Shown one piece after another: positions 52,908 to 64,000 of a stretch of 64,000 nucleotides of DNA. Origin of the DNA: Narcine bancroftii (lineage: Eukaryota); assembly GCF_036971445.1 (NCBI RefSeq), contig NC_091474.1, forward strand, positions 37,014,001 to 37,078,000. The letters are read 5' to 3'. Under the pieces are notes generated by a model. That model saw only the letters and a list, made by a program, of their open reading frames with translations. It ran no database searches and was not told where the DNA came from. The translations under genes were made by a program, and so were the position numbers. Every line of letters starts with the position of its first letter. The first letter of the stretch is position 1.

Positions 52908-53366
52908 AATTTGAGCCACAGCTTCAATTATGTAACACATTTCACACCTTCAACACACTAATAGTCACAGCTGCAATGAAGGTGTTACACAGCCAAGTCC
53001 CACAACCAGCAAATGTGCTAATGACAATATCATCTGTTTAGCACTTTAGTCTGAGAGGAAAATATGGTCAAGATATTACCATAGCCTGCCTGCTCTTCTA
53101 CAAAATAGGACATTGAGATCTATTATGCCATCAAGATAGCAAAATGGGCCCCAGCTGTAACACCAAGTTGGCTTCAAAAGATAGGAATTACAAAAATCAA
53201 GATAGATTTTTTGGTAAAATTACTACAAATAAATGGTCAATTATCTTTTTTTCTGACTGTATGGATAAGTTGAATTAAATAGGGCTAGATGGGAATTAAG
53301 TTTGAGAAAATAAAACTGAAAAGTGCTTGTTTTTAGTTTCTCACAGATTTTAAATCTGTGGATACA

Positions 53367-53478
53367 ATGAGGTGGACTGGACATTTTGTGGTCTGCACTC
53401 TTTTTCTCCACCCATTAGGTGTTTGTCCCACTAATCCTGGATTCAAAGGAAGAATCACCACCAAAGGAATTGATTACA
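53367..53478 (+). CDS. BPI/LBP-family (bactericidal permeability-increasing protein-like) gene, first coding exon: signal peptide plus N-terminal motif
   Basis: ATG at 53367 encodes MRWTGHFVVCTLFLHPLGVCPTNPGFKGRITTKGIDY. This is a hydrophobic leader followed by the BPI/LBP hallmark NPGxxxRIxxKGxDY. The exon ends in phase 1 at a GTATGT donor (53479). An acceptor gtttttagtttctcacAG ending at 53346 implies a further upstream 5'UTR exon. Confidence 0.9.
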
Positions 53479-53524
53479 GTATGTTAACACCGAAGTTTCA
53501 ATATCTAATAACACCACTCTCTCC

Positions 53525-53955
53525 GGTGTACAGAAGGCAACAATGGGAGCACTGGATGCAGTAGGTGACATTCACAAATGAGGTATTACTTCATTTGGAA
53601 GGCCTGTTTGGGGCTCCAATGGTGGTGGGGGAGGAGTGTGGGTGCAAGTGTAGCACTTCCATCGGTCACGGGTAGGTACCAAGGGAGCGATTTGTGGGAA
53701 GGAACGAGTGGATAAGGGAGTCACGGAGTGAGTGGTCCCTGTGGAATGCGGAGAGGGGAAGATGCATCAAGTGGTGAGATCATATTGTACATGGCAGAAA
53801 TTGCAGAGGATAATATACTGGATGCAGAGGCTCGTGGGGTGAGGACAAGGGGAATCCTGTCCTTATTTCTTCTAGGAGCAGAGGGGGCCAGGACCGATGT
53901 ACAGGAAATGGAAGAGATGCGGGTGAGGGCTGAGTTAATAGTGGTAGGGGGGAAG
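53525..53955 (-). mobile_element. Penelope-like fragment in the first BPI/LBP coding intron
   Basis: Reverse-complement similarity to the 45280 element (gggagcactggatgcagtaggtgac, ttggaaggcctgtttgggg) plus upstream RT-thumb-like sequence. Confidence 0.7.
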
Positions 53956-54189
53956 TCTACAAGTTCCAGGATCTGAACTATTTTGCATTGGAATGTGGTT
54001 TATGGTCCTTTATAATGGACCAGGTGTAAAATATCATTATATATTAGAGGCTTAATTACATTAAAGTGCATCATCAGATGAAAAAAACATGAAACATTTG
54101 AAAACATTTCAATAATCAAATTCAATCAAGATTAAATCTCATTTTGTTATTTACGAATTATTTTTAAAAACTGACCAACTGTCTTTCAG

Positions 54190-54304
54190 GTTGCAAGATT
54201 GTAATGCCAGTTTTTCGAAACAGATTATTAGATGTGGAAATTCCAGATTTATCAGGCATAAAGCATTCCAATGTTTTACACCAACTTCAGTATAACATAA
54301 GCAG
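54190..54304 (+). CDS. BPI/LBP-family gene, second coding exon (115 nt)
   Basis: Acceptor ctgtctttcAG, donor AG|GTATGT, phase 1 in and phase 2 out. Reads (S)CKIVMPVFRNRLLDVEIPDLSGIKHSNVLHQLQYNIS(R) and contains the family IPDxSG motif and YxIS end. Confidence 0.9.
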
Positions 54305-55029
54305 GTATGTTGCTCAAGTTCCCTCCATGATATTTGTTTGTAGAATGGCTGTGCATTTTACCTAAAATTATTTTTCCTGCCTTCAATAAATACAAGATTG
54401 TTGCACAAAGCAATAACTGAGATCAAATGATATTTTCCAATAATACAACAGTAAATTTTGATGGGTAAAGTATCTGATCCTTTTACACCTTTAAGGGCAA
54501 AGTTTCTGTCATTCTTTCTTATTCCACTTTGTTGAAATTACTTCATCCAAAAAAAATAGTTTTAGTCTAATTATCCAGGAAGTGAAAATCACTTTTAAAA
54601 GCCATAGATTTGTAATTTTTATTGCACTGTTAAAGCCAGGATATTTGTAACAAAGCATTATTCAACTCAACTGGCGGACAGATCAAAGGCTAAAATTTCT
54701 TGTACCATTTTTTCCAGAATTGTTGATACATTCTTCTTGGTTCACAGGTAGATCTAGATAATAAAGGTTCCAAGCAACTCACTTCAGATTTTTCATTCTG
54801 GTTATGGATGGTGAATGAAAACTTTGATTCTAAATTCTGGCTGCTTTAACACCACTCAGTCTTTTCAGTTCCTGAGCAATTTTTCTATTTCGTCCTGATG
54901 GAGTTCTCCAGGGATACCCTTACAAAATAATGAGGTTTCATTGCAAGAGCACAATTTGTATGGATGCAGTAGCAAACTTCATCACTGTTTGTAATTTCAG
55001 TGTCCTATACCCTGCATGGACTACAAAAT

Positions 55030-57200
55030 CTATTTAATAATTTTTTACAAAAAGCGCAAGAACAAGAAAAATATACTGTGCAGGTACAGAGTAACCTAGA
55101 ATAAAAATGAACATCGCAACTAATGATAAATAGATAGAATTCAATATTATATCACTTCTTCCTGCAGAAAAAAAAACAAAAAAAGACTATGATTAACTAA
55201 TCCTAAATTAAAAAGAGAAAAAGCCACTGGGGCGCCAAAAGGTAACAGTAGGTTGGTGAATTGCCTTTTCTGTAAATAAGTGATTCAGGAAGAGATCATA
55301 AACGTTTTGTATTGTTATCCTCTCCAGTAGCAATTGGGAGACACATAAATGAATAGGTTAAATTTAACACAAAATTTATTAACAAACTAACAATAATAGA
55401 ATTAACCCAATAAAATTAACATCTGAATATCAGCCTTAATGGTGACTCTATACAAACAACAGATTATTATATGGCGTATGTGGGAAAAAAAACTAATTAC
55501 AATCTAAGCTCAAATGCCCCAAAAAATCAATAAAATTCCCAAAATAAAACCCCCAAGTCAGTCACGTCAAGTCTGTCAGTCAAGAAGGAACTGCTCATGA
55601 ATCTGGTCTCCAGGTTTGGAATTAATTGTTTCCTTGCCCGCTGGTCTTTTAGTTTGAGGCTGTATCCAGACAACTGTGGTTCCTAGAGACTTTCAACCCT
55701 GTCAGGGGAACACGAGACAGGTTTGAGTTTCGAATGTGGCAACAACCACCTTTATTTTCTTCACCTGGGGAATTTTCGCAGTGACTTCCTGGTCACCATA
55801 TGAGGTTCACGCCTCCAAAGCCCTCCTTTGGGTTACCAAGTGACCTTTTGTCACACGAGTCTTTCAAAACCCTCTTTAGGGTTAACGAGTGACTCTCGGT
55901 CATGCGAGTCCTCTCCTTTGGACACCCTGGCTTCAGTGGTCTCATGACTCCTGTCACATGAAGTCCTCCTTGTGAAAGGGAATGGGAGAGGCACTGGTCA
56001 ATCCCAGACACACTCTGGGTATCAGAATTCCCCAAACTGCTGTCAGGACAACAGTGCTGGCATCTCTGGACAAAGTAGCTCAGTCTTCCTTTTTCCACTG
56101 AAACTATTGGGTGAGCACACTCACATACAGCTCCTGACACAGTGCTAGTACCTGTGAACAAAACAACTGAGCATGTGGCTTGCTGAAGCTGCCAGGTGAG
56201 AATCAGTCCGACTCTCTGACTGCCCAACCTCTTCAAAGCCAGTGCGGGTGTTTTTAAACTGCCTCCAGCTCTCCCCATTGGTGGAGAGAAGTTAAGAGCT
56301 GCAGACCTGCTCTCCTGCGAGCCCATGGACTTCCAGCGCCTGGTTCATGTGCTTTGAAACCTGTCAAAGTTTCCTAGTGGTAACCCAGTGCTACTACAGC
56401 TCCAAGCAGCTGTCAAATCCCCTGCAGTAAGTTCAGCCCGATCCTCAGTCAAAAAATTGTCCAAGGTCCATGACATTATGTCATATACAAAATAATAAAC
56501 TACTGTATTATTCATCAAGTATTAAAATATTCCATAAAAGTGTGCCACATTGTATCAAACAACTCCAGTTTTCAAAACATTACATCTATTCTTCTCACAG
56601 TTCAACCATGATAAGGTTTGGGACGTCCATTGTACATAACTGGGAGGGAGAGAATCCTTCCATCTTAGCAAAACAGATCTTCTAGCCATTAAAGTGGCAA
56701 AAGCTATCACATGACAATCCGACCCAGATAATCGACTGTTCTCTATCACCACACCAAATAAAGCTGTAATGGGAGGAGGTTGAATAGTAACCGAGAAAAC
56801 ACAGGAAAATGCATTAAAAAAATTCCTTTCAATAGTGATCTAATACTGAACAGGACCAAAACATTAAATAAGGAAGCAAACCCCATTACAACATCTGTCA
56901 CATACAGGGTTAATAGTAGGAAAATATCTGAGCTAATTTATCTTTGGATAAATGTGTTACATATTTATTATCTTGAATTAAACAAGTGAATGTGCACAAA
57001 TGGAAGAGGAATGGACCAATTTTAAACACTTTGTCCATATATCCAAAGAAAGAATAGTTTGCAAGTTGCTCTCCCAAGCACTCTTAATTTCATTCATAGA
57101 AACGCAATAGATGCTGCAAACTCGAAGATGTTATAAATGGCTCTTCCCCTCTTCTTCAGAGAAATTACCTTTCTACCTCCTTGCAACTATTTTATTATAA
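55030..57200 (-). mobile_element. Decayed L1/Tx1 3' part in BPI/LBP intron 2, interrupted by an LTR
   Basis: IAFATLMARRSVLLRWKDSLPPSYVQW..LSWLNCEK is an L1 ORF2 C-terminal pattern; 3'UTR-like A-rich sequence at 55030-55310. Confidence 0.75.
55313..56475 (-). mobile_element. Probable long solo LTR, ~1.16 kb
   Basis: TGTTAT...ATGACA termini; flanks GTAT/TTAT (3/4 TSD); minus-strand AATAAA at ~55375; splits the L1 remnant. Confidence 0.65.
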
Positions 57201-57661
57201 ATATGTTCTAAAAGTTACCAGTCTGTTTCCGTCACCCTGGCTATCCTCGCCTGAATTCAAGTCTTCACTTAAGATGACCAACCATGTTAGTCTTCAGCCT
57301 CACACCAAGTTCCTGTATGATTTGAGGGAACTTGAAACTCTGCAACCTTGTGAAATTATTCATAGATCTCTTCTTACTTGATGTTAAGGCAGCAGGAAGA
57401 AGAACTTGCATTCTAAGCTATTGTAGTTTTGACAAATTCAAGCTTTTATAAATCAGACAATGGATTAATTTGGAGGCCAGTACACAGGAGTTGAGGGAGA
57501 CTCACGCAATATGAAGTAAAAGCTCAGAGATTTGTGCAGGTTAACGAAAGGCAGAATACACTGGTAGCACTGGAGCAAGTTTAATTTCAACTGGGAAAAT
57601 AAAGTGATGTAGATCTATATCCATATCATTCAAATTATAATACACTTCATTTATGTTTCAG

Positions 57662-57790
57662 GATGACCTTAACTAATGTGAGTTTGCCAGACACAAGTGT
57701 TACTTTGGTATCTAACGTGGGTCTGAAAGTTGCTGTTTCTATTGGTTACATTGAGATGAGTGGCAACTGGCACATCAAATCAAAGATTTT
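57662..57790 (+). CDS. BPI/LBP-family gene, third coding exon (129 nt); gene continues beyond the window
   Basis: Acceptor ttcatttatgtttcAG, donor GTAAGT, phase 2 in and phase 2 out. Reads MTLTNVSLPDTSVTLVSNVGLKVAVSIGYIEMSGNWHIKSKI, which aligns by eye to human BPI [42 protein letters not shown] (recalled). Confidence 0.92.
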
Positions 57791-58707
57791 GTAAGTAATC
57801 TTTATTAGAAAAAAAATCACAACAGTCACAGTTAAATTATTTCACATGGTATATGACTTGGAGCATTTTTGGAGACTTGTAGCACACATTTCCATAATCA
57901 GATCTGCATGCAAAAATAAATTATTTCAATTTTACAGCCTTAACATTAAAGTTCAGGGGTAATTGGGGAGTACAACAGCATAAATGTCAGGATATTACCT
58001 GCTTTCTGCAATCATAATTTAATGGATTTTCATTAATAGGTTTACTTCTGAGCCTGTTAACCTGCAAGAATTAGCATTTCAAGCAGTCCCTTCCAGAATC
58101 CATTAACATTTGGAATTAAGACTGTTAAATGTGCTGATCAACAGCATTGCCACCTCATTTTACCTGACGTTTGGCAAGGATAATGCAGACAGGCCAACCA
58201 TGTTTATTATGGACTGCACAAGTGAAATTGCAAAACTCCAAATTTATGTTTATGGAAGATCTAGGTAAGCAAGTTTTTCACCATACATTCATTCTGTTTA
58301 TCCCCTTCATACTTACTCATGTGTAAAATAGGCACCTGTGCTTGCATTGTGAAGTCCCAAATTCAATGGACAGCTCGACCCAAAGTCTGCTGATATTTTT
58401 AAATGCTCCTGGGGATAGGATGTGCCCTTTAATTATCTTACCTGTGAGCTCAGCAGCTTTGAAATTTTATCAAAATTTGAATTGGAATTTTCCAAAACTG
58501 AACAGTAGTTGCCACCCTCTAATAAAGATGGTTCCCGCAGTTTATTCAATTACTTTTAACCAGAATTCTGCTTCCTGCCCATCACTTCATTCACGATTTC
58601 TACTCAGATTTCAGATATATTATCAGAGTACATGCATGAAATCACATACAATCCTGAGATTCCATTTTTCCTGCGGGCACGGCAGAATTACCCCTAAATG
58701 ATAGTGC

Positions 58708-59080
58708 TGTAGCTGTGCGCTACTTGAAAGAAAGACACACTCGTGAGTGTAGTCAAGTAAAGCTCTGTGTTTTATTTGGGCTCAAGACCAACTTTTATAC
58801 CTCTTGCCTTCCAATGGTTTGCCCCAAGTGCAGATGGAACGACCTGCATAACAAAAGTGGGTTTCCCGCGTGGGAGTATGTTCTTGCATGACAATACCTT
58901 CTTCCCCACGTGCTGTGCAGCGGGGCCAGCGCCATTTTAGGGTTGCTGGCCTTTATGCTGCCCTTGCTGTTCATCCGCTGGTTCGCTTGCTAGGGCCAGT
59001 GTCGCTACGCGGTCTGTTGGCTTTTAGGTGCGCTCATCGCCCGGAGCGCCGGCTTGATCACTGTGACTCAGGCCGCCACA
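58708..59080 (-). mobile_element. Solo LTR, 373 bp (Gypsy-like)
   Basis: TGTAGC...GCCACA termini; 4-bp TSD GTGC at 58704-58707 and 59081-59084; minus-strand TATAAAA and AATAAA. Confidence 0.88.
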
Positions 59081-59932
59081 GTGCAAAAATAAACTGTACA
59101 CAATGTAAACAACTAAAATAACTATAAACAGATAACAAATGTAAACAAACTAACTGTTCAATAAAGAGAACAAAGAAAATCAATCAATAAGGTGCACAAG
59201 TAAGACTCCTTAAATGATTCTCGGATTGACTTTGATTTTGAAAATTTTGATGGTGGAGGGGTAGCAGCTGTTCCTGAACCTGGTGGTGTGAGTTTTGTGG
59301 CCCCTAGATCTCTTTCCTGAGAACAGGGCATGTGCTAGATGATGTAGATCTTTGATAATTGCTGCTGCCCTCCGACATCTACTCTGTAGATGTGCTGAAT
59401 AGTGGGGAGGGTTTTGCCTGTAACATCCTGGGCTATGACCACTACTTTTTGGAGGGCTTCACACTATGCGTGTTCCCATACCAGACCATGATGCAGCCAG
59501 TCAGTACGCTTTCCACCACATCTCTGTAGAAATTTGCCAGGGTTTTTTGGCGTCATACCAAACCTCTGCAATCTCCCGAGGAAGAAGAAGCACAGACGTG
59601 CTTTCTTCGTGATGCCTTTAGTGCGTTGGGTCCAGGAAAGATCCTCCGAGATAGTGACTCCCGAAAACCTAAATTTTCTCCACCCCTGATCCCCCAATGA
59701 TTATTGGATTGTATATCTGTGGCTTTCCTTTCCTGAAGTCAACAATCAGATCCTTAGTTTTGGTGATGTTGAGTGCAAACTTGTTGTTGGTGCACCATTC
59801 AGCCAAGTTTTGAATCTCCCTCCTGTATGTTGGCTCATCCCCTTCCTTTATACATCCCACCACTGTGGGATCATCAGCAGATTGGTAGATGGTCTTATTG
59901 CCGTACCGAGTCAAACAGTCGCAAGTATAAAG

Positions 59933-60306
59933 CAGTGGTTCTCAACCGTTTTCTTTCCATTCCATACCACATTAAGTATTCCCTATGTCATAGGTGCTCT
60001 GTGATTAGTAAGGGATTGCTTAAGGTGGTAGGTGGGTGGAAAGAAAAAGTTTGAAAACCACTGTTTTAGTCGTACCTAATTGACTCGTTATGTGCACGGT
60101 TTCATAACTCCAAAGGAAATGGGCCAATGACAATTTTTCTCCAGCAAAATATTTCAGTGACAATTGGGTCTAGAGCAGTGATTCTCAACCTTCCCTTCCC
60201 ACTCACAGACCACCTTAAGCAATCCCTTACTAATCACAGGTCATCAATGGCATAGGGATTACGCAAAGTGGTATGTGAGTGGAAAGAAAAAGGTTGAGTA
60301 TCACTG
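59933..60306. mobile_element. Composite hAT MITE, copy 3
   Basis: CAGTGGTTCTCAACC...GGTTGAGTATCACTG; TSD GTATAAAG / GTGTAAAG (7/8); same spacer as copies 1 and 2. Confidence 0.9.
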
Positions 60307-61976
60307 GTGTAAAGTGAGTAAAGAATGCTCCTTTTTAGATATTAAAATGCTCAAGTTTCAGAATTTTCCAATGCTCTTCCTGCAGAGTAAATAAATGATC
60401 ATATATGATTGTTTCATCCCTTCACATCAACAAATGAAACAGAGACTTCCTGCACCAGTTCTTATTCTTAAGTGTGGAAAGAATTATTCCTCTTCACAAG
60501 AATCTACTCCCTTATCATCTTAAGACTTATAAAAATGAGGCTTTGATTTTCCTAACCACTCCATCTCTCCTTCTCATTTATTCTTGATAGCCTCCAGTGT
60601 GGACTCTCAGTTCTTCACTTGTGCTTTTATATTTTAAAGTACCTCATCAACTTCATATTCTATTTATTTATTTTTTTACACTAAAAAGATAAAGGAACCA
60701 AACAAAATACTGCCATTTTTATTTTGGATGGAGAGAAAGAGAATCAGCCATAAATGTACAGGACTTGTAGGTCAATTGGTGTATTTGGGTAGCACTGACT
60801 CATATGACAGAAGGGTCTGTACGATGGTGTATCTCCAAATTTAAAAATAATTTAAATAATTAAGAATATATCACTTGCAAGTGGAGAAAATGAAAAGGAC
60901 TTCAGTGACTGAGAAATTTTCATTTCTGAATTTAAAATTCAGATGAATAAGATAGATAGGTATAACACCAGTCGTCCATCCCCTTGCGTAACCCAAGAAA
61001 TTCTGGGGCTTCCCTGATAGAGCAAGACACCAGCAACATTCACAAACTACTGAAACAAAGGCATCAGAAGCCATTCTCAGAATGTATGCACATGATTCTG
61101 AGTAAAGAATCATTCTCAGTAGTGTCTGGAGATTGTCTTACAATGGCTTGAGCTTGGATCTCGAAGAGATTGGATTTTTATGGAACAGTCTTTGGCCTCC
61201 ACCTGTTCTGTTTGCAATTCCATACTGGAATAATACTAAATTGGGTAACATGGAGACCAAATTAGTTTTAATATTTCAGATTGAAAACCCTTTGACAGAC
61301 AGATTTCTTCTGTTCTGATTAATGGTCTTTGACATGAAACATTACTCCTGATTCTCTTATCACAAAACACTGCCTGATTACCTGAGTATTTTCAGCATCT
61401 TCTGCATTTATTTCAGATTTTTAACATCCGCAGGCATTTGATTTTCAACATGAAGATCCATCTGGTGGAATCAGCATTTCATTAGTAATTCACTTGACAA
61501 GGAAATAATTTGGCAGATAGTAGGACAGGGCAATCTATACCATGATGGTTTTCTTTCCCATAAAAATATTTTGACAAGCAAGTCAGTGCTGAAGTCTTGG
61601 GTGTTTGTTCAGGTTCCTTTCATGAATCAGAGAGTTATAAGAATTATAGCTGGAGCAGTGCATAAAATACAATATCCTCAAACACAGGAGATCCAGATAA
61701 ATTATAACAATTTGGAGGCCTAGGCCTTCCTCATATTTGGTGGTCTGAGAAAGGGCAGGTCACAAGAAAGGCACAGAACGCTAAATGACTTTCCCCTATT
61801 CTAGTCCTGCACTGGACTAGATGCCAGATGATTTTAGAGCTGCAAGAAGAGTGGAAATCTGTACATCTTAAAATGCAGAATACAATTATCTGGAGAACCT
61901 GAACCTACGCAGATGAACTGGGCATGAAAATTCTAACCCTTGAGTGCATTCAGTATAACCCACTGAGTCTGGTCAT

Positions 61977-62998
61977 TGTATTTTTTTATATATAATGGAT
62001 CTGTATTAATATTAAGATTAATGTTAAGCTATATTTCTTCTAAATATGTCTTAGGTTAGTTGTGGGTTGGTTACACACACATCACAGTATATTTACAGAA
62101 AACCAATGTACTCAGAGAAGAGTGTTCATTTTGGAGTCAATGCAGAGCCATAATGGAACAGAAGTGTTCTTAATTGTACCAGGTGTGGTTCTTAAAACCA
62201 ATTAAGCCTCTTGAACCGTGATGAGGTCAGACAAGGTTTTGCAAAAATGAAACTAAAACTGTTAAGGATTCCAGTATATGGTCATGTGGCTTCTAAGAAT
62301 TGGCACTGACCTCATTGAAGATTTAATATCACATGATTTGGAGAAATACATTATCAAATTCAGATCCTGTTACACACACAGGAGTTGGAACCTTGTGAAA
62401 GACAGGGTTGAATTATAGTAACCGGAATAGGTGGTGTTACTCCTAATAAAAGGGGAATACAGAAAATAAGTTGATTTCAAAACCACTTCTGATTGCTCTT
62501 TTAAGAAAATAAAGAATGCAGCCACATCGTGGAAGAAAACGACTCCTGGAAAGACAGGACTTACTATCCCTTTCGCAGGAGAGTCCATATAAGTGGCTTT
62601 TAAATAAGTAAGACAACTTCTCATTAGAAGATGGTCACTCTTGCTTGAAGAATATCTCTGAAGAACAACTCATTGAAATAATTGTGATTTAAAGAGGCCT
62701 GAAGATATGATGTTCAAAAGCACTTTATAATTATTTCTGAACTGAAAATTTGAGATCTTCAAGAAAGACTAAAATGATGTTGAAGTTTTAAAATCGACTT
62801 TTCAGAGTTTGTGTCTTTAATGCATATACACACTTACATTTGCACTTAGACGGGTTAATGTTAGAGTTTAAGTTAGAGATAAGTCAGAAATGCCATATTA
62901 TTTCTAGTTTAATTTTAAAAGTTTTTGAATTTTCCATTGGTGAATATTCCATTGCTGTTCTTTTGTTAGTGCTATCAAAGTCTCTCTAGTCCCTAACA
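61977..62998 (+). mobile_element. Possible old LTR-like element
   Basis: TG...CTAACA ends and LTR-like composition, but no matching TSD; boundaries uncertain. Confidence 0.3.
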
Positions 62999-63019
62999 AA
63001 ATCAAGAGGGTTGTTAGTT

Positions 63020-63596
63020 CATCAGAAACCCTGGCAAATTTCTACAGAGGTGTGGTGGAAAGTGTGCTGACCGGCAACATCATGGTCTGGTATGGGAACA
63101 CCAATACTCCTGAGCATAAAGCCCTTCAAAAGGGAGTGGACACAGCCCAGTACATCACAGGCAAAGCCCTCTACATTACTGAATACATCGACAGAGTACA
63201 CTGCTGTTGGCGAGCAGCAGGAATTATTAAAGACCCACACCACTCAGCATACACTCTGTTCTCGCTGCTGCCATCAGAAAAGAGGAATAGGTGGCACAAG
63301 ACTCTCACCACCATGTTCAGGAACAGCATGAAAGGAAAGCTACCTCTTCATCATCAATGACAATCTCAGAAACTCATTTAAGGGCTCTTACTTGTGCAAT
63401 TTATTAATTTTCTTTTTGTTCTCTCTGCATTACATAGTCAGGTTGTTTACATTTGTTATCTGTTTACAGTTCTTTTATTTGTTTACACTGAGCACTACCA
63501 AGAGGGAGCAATTCTGCTGTGCCCACAGAAAAAAGGAATCTCAGGGTTGTATATGATGTCATGTATGTACTCTGACAATAAATTTGAATCTGAATG
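63020..63596 (+). mobile_element. Rex1/Babar-type LINE 3' fragment
   Basis: NFYRGVVESVLTGNIMVWYGN..KALQ..VDTAQYITG..IIKDPHH..LFSLLPS; 3' end caataaatttgaatctga. Confidence 0.85.
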
Positions 63597-63805
63597 AAGT
63601 GCCATCAATCAGAAGCATTGACTCTCTTTCTCTCTCCAAAGGGTATTGTCTGACCTATTGAATAGTTACACTGTTTTCCAGTATCTGCAATCTTTTGGAT
63701 AATCATTGCTTTCAAAACTCCCATAAATATTTGCAAGGTTCTCAGAATAGTCTTTCCCTGTTTAAAAAAAAATGAACCATGTCACTTTCTGCTTGTTACT
63801 TTATG

Positions 63806-64000
63806 TCTTCTTTCTTTGGCTTGGCTTCGCGGACAAAGATTTAGGGAGGGGTATGTCCACGTCTGCTGCAGGCTTGTTGGTGACTGACAAGTCCGATGCG
63901 GGACAGGGAGGCACGGTTGCAGCGGTTGCAAGGGGAAATTGGCTGGTTGGGGTTGGGTGTTGGGTTTTTCCTCCTTTGTCTTTAGTCAGTGAGGTGGGCT
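63806..64000 (-). mobile_element. RTE LINE 3' end (second subfamily), runs off the window
   Basis: Reverse complement of the RTE 3' end, carrying the diagnostic gcagcagacgtggacatacccctcc shared with the 52837 copy. Confidence 0.92.

Larger units (their letters stand above)
58605..60320 (-). mobile_element. Rex1/Babar-type LINE 3' part, interrupted by a solo LTR and MITE copy 3
   Basis: IYQSADDPTVVGCIKEGDE..YRREIQNLAEWCTNN..LNITKTKDLIVDFRK and FSGVTISEDLSWT..KKAR..FFLGRLQRFGM; 3'UTR matches the 63020 copy. Confidence 0.85.

Noticed and set aside
60920-61700. Possible fourth BPI/LBP exon
   Set aside because: Acceptors near 60942 and 61612 give the wrong phase or early stops and no G-x-P/CxxC-like exon 4 pattern; exon 4 is probably beyond the window.

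Overview
This is eukaryotic, vertebrate DNA. The repeat families (HE1/V-type tRNA-SINEs, CR1, Penelope, Tx1/L1, Rex1-Babar, RTE) point to a cartilaginous fish, probably a ray or shark (inference). Almost every ORF in the supplied track is a transposon fragment or noise. The one host gene I can support is not assembled by the ORF track: the first three coding exons of a secreted BPI/LBP-family (bactericidal permeability-increasing / LPS-binding) gene on the + strand (53367-53478, 54190-54304, 57662-57790). All have canonical GT-AG sites and matching phases, and the gene continues past the window end. The ~53 kb upstream is intergenic or 5'-intronic. It holds a 6 kb, 352-copy 17-bp minisatellite sorted into homogeneous variant blocks and a 27-copy 33-bp minisatellite. 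Across the window there are five copies of a young RTE LINE that resembles the horizontally transferred AviRTE, nested LINE insertions, four solo LTRs plus one weaker candidate, hAT and Harbinger MITEs (including a composite two-unit hAT MITE present three times), Penelope fragments with hammerhead-like motifs, and several hairpins. There is no CRISPR array, and I see no convincing wholly new biological system. Coordinates of old repeats are approximate, and family assignments are from recalled motifs, not database searches.
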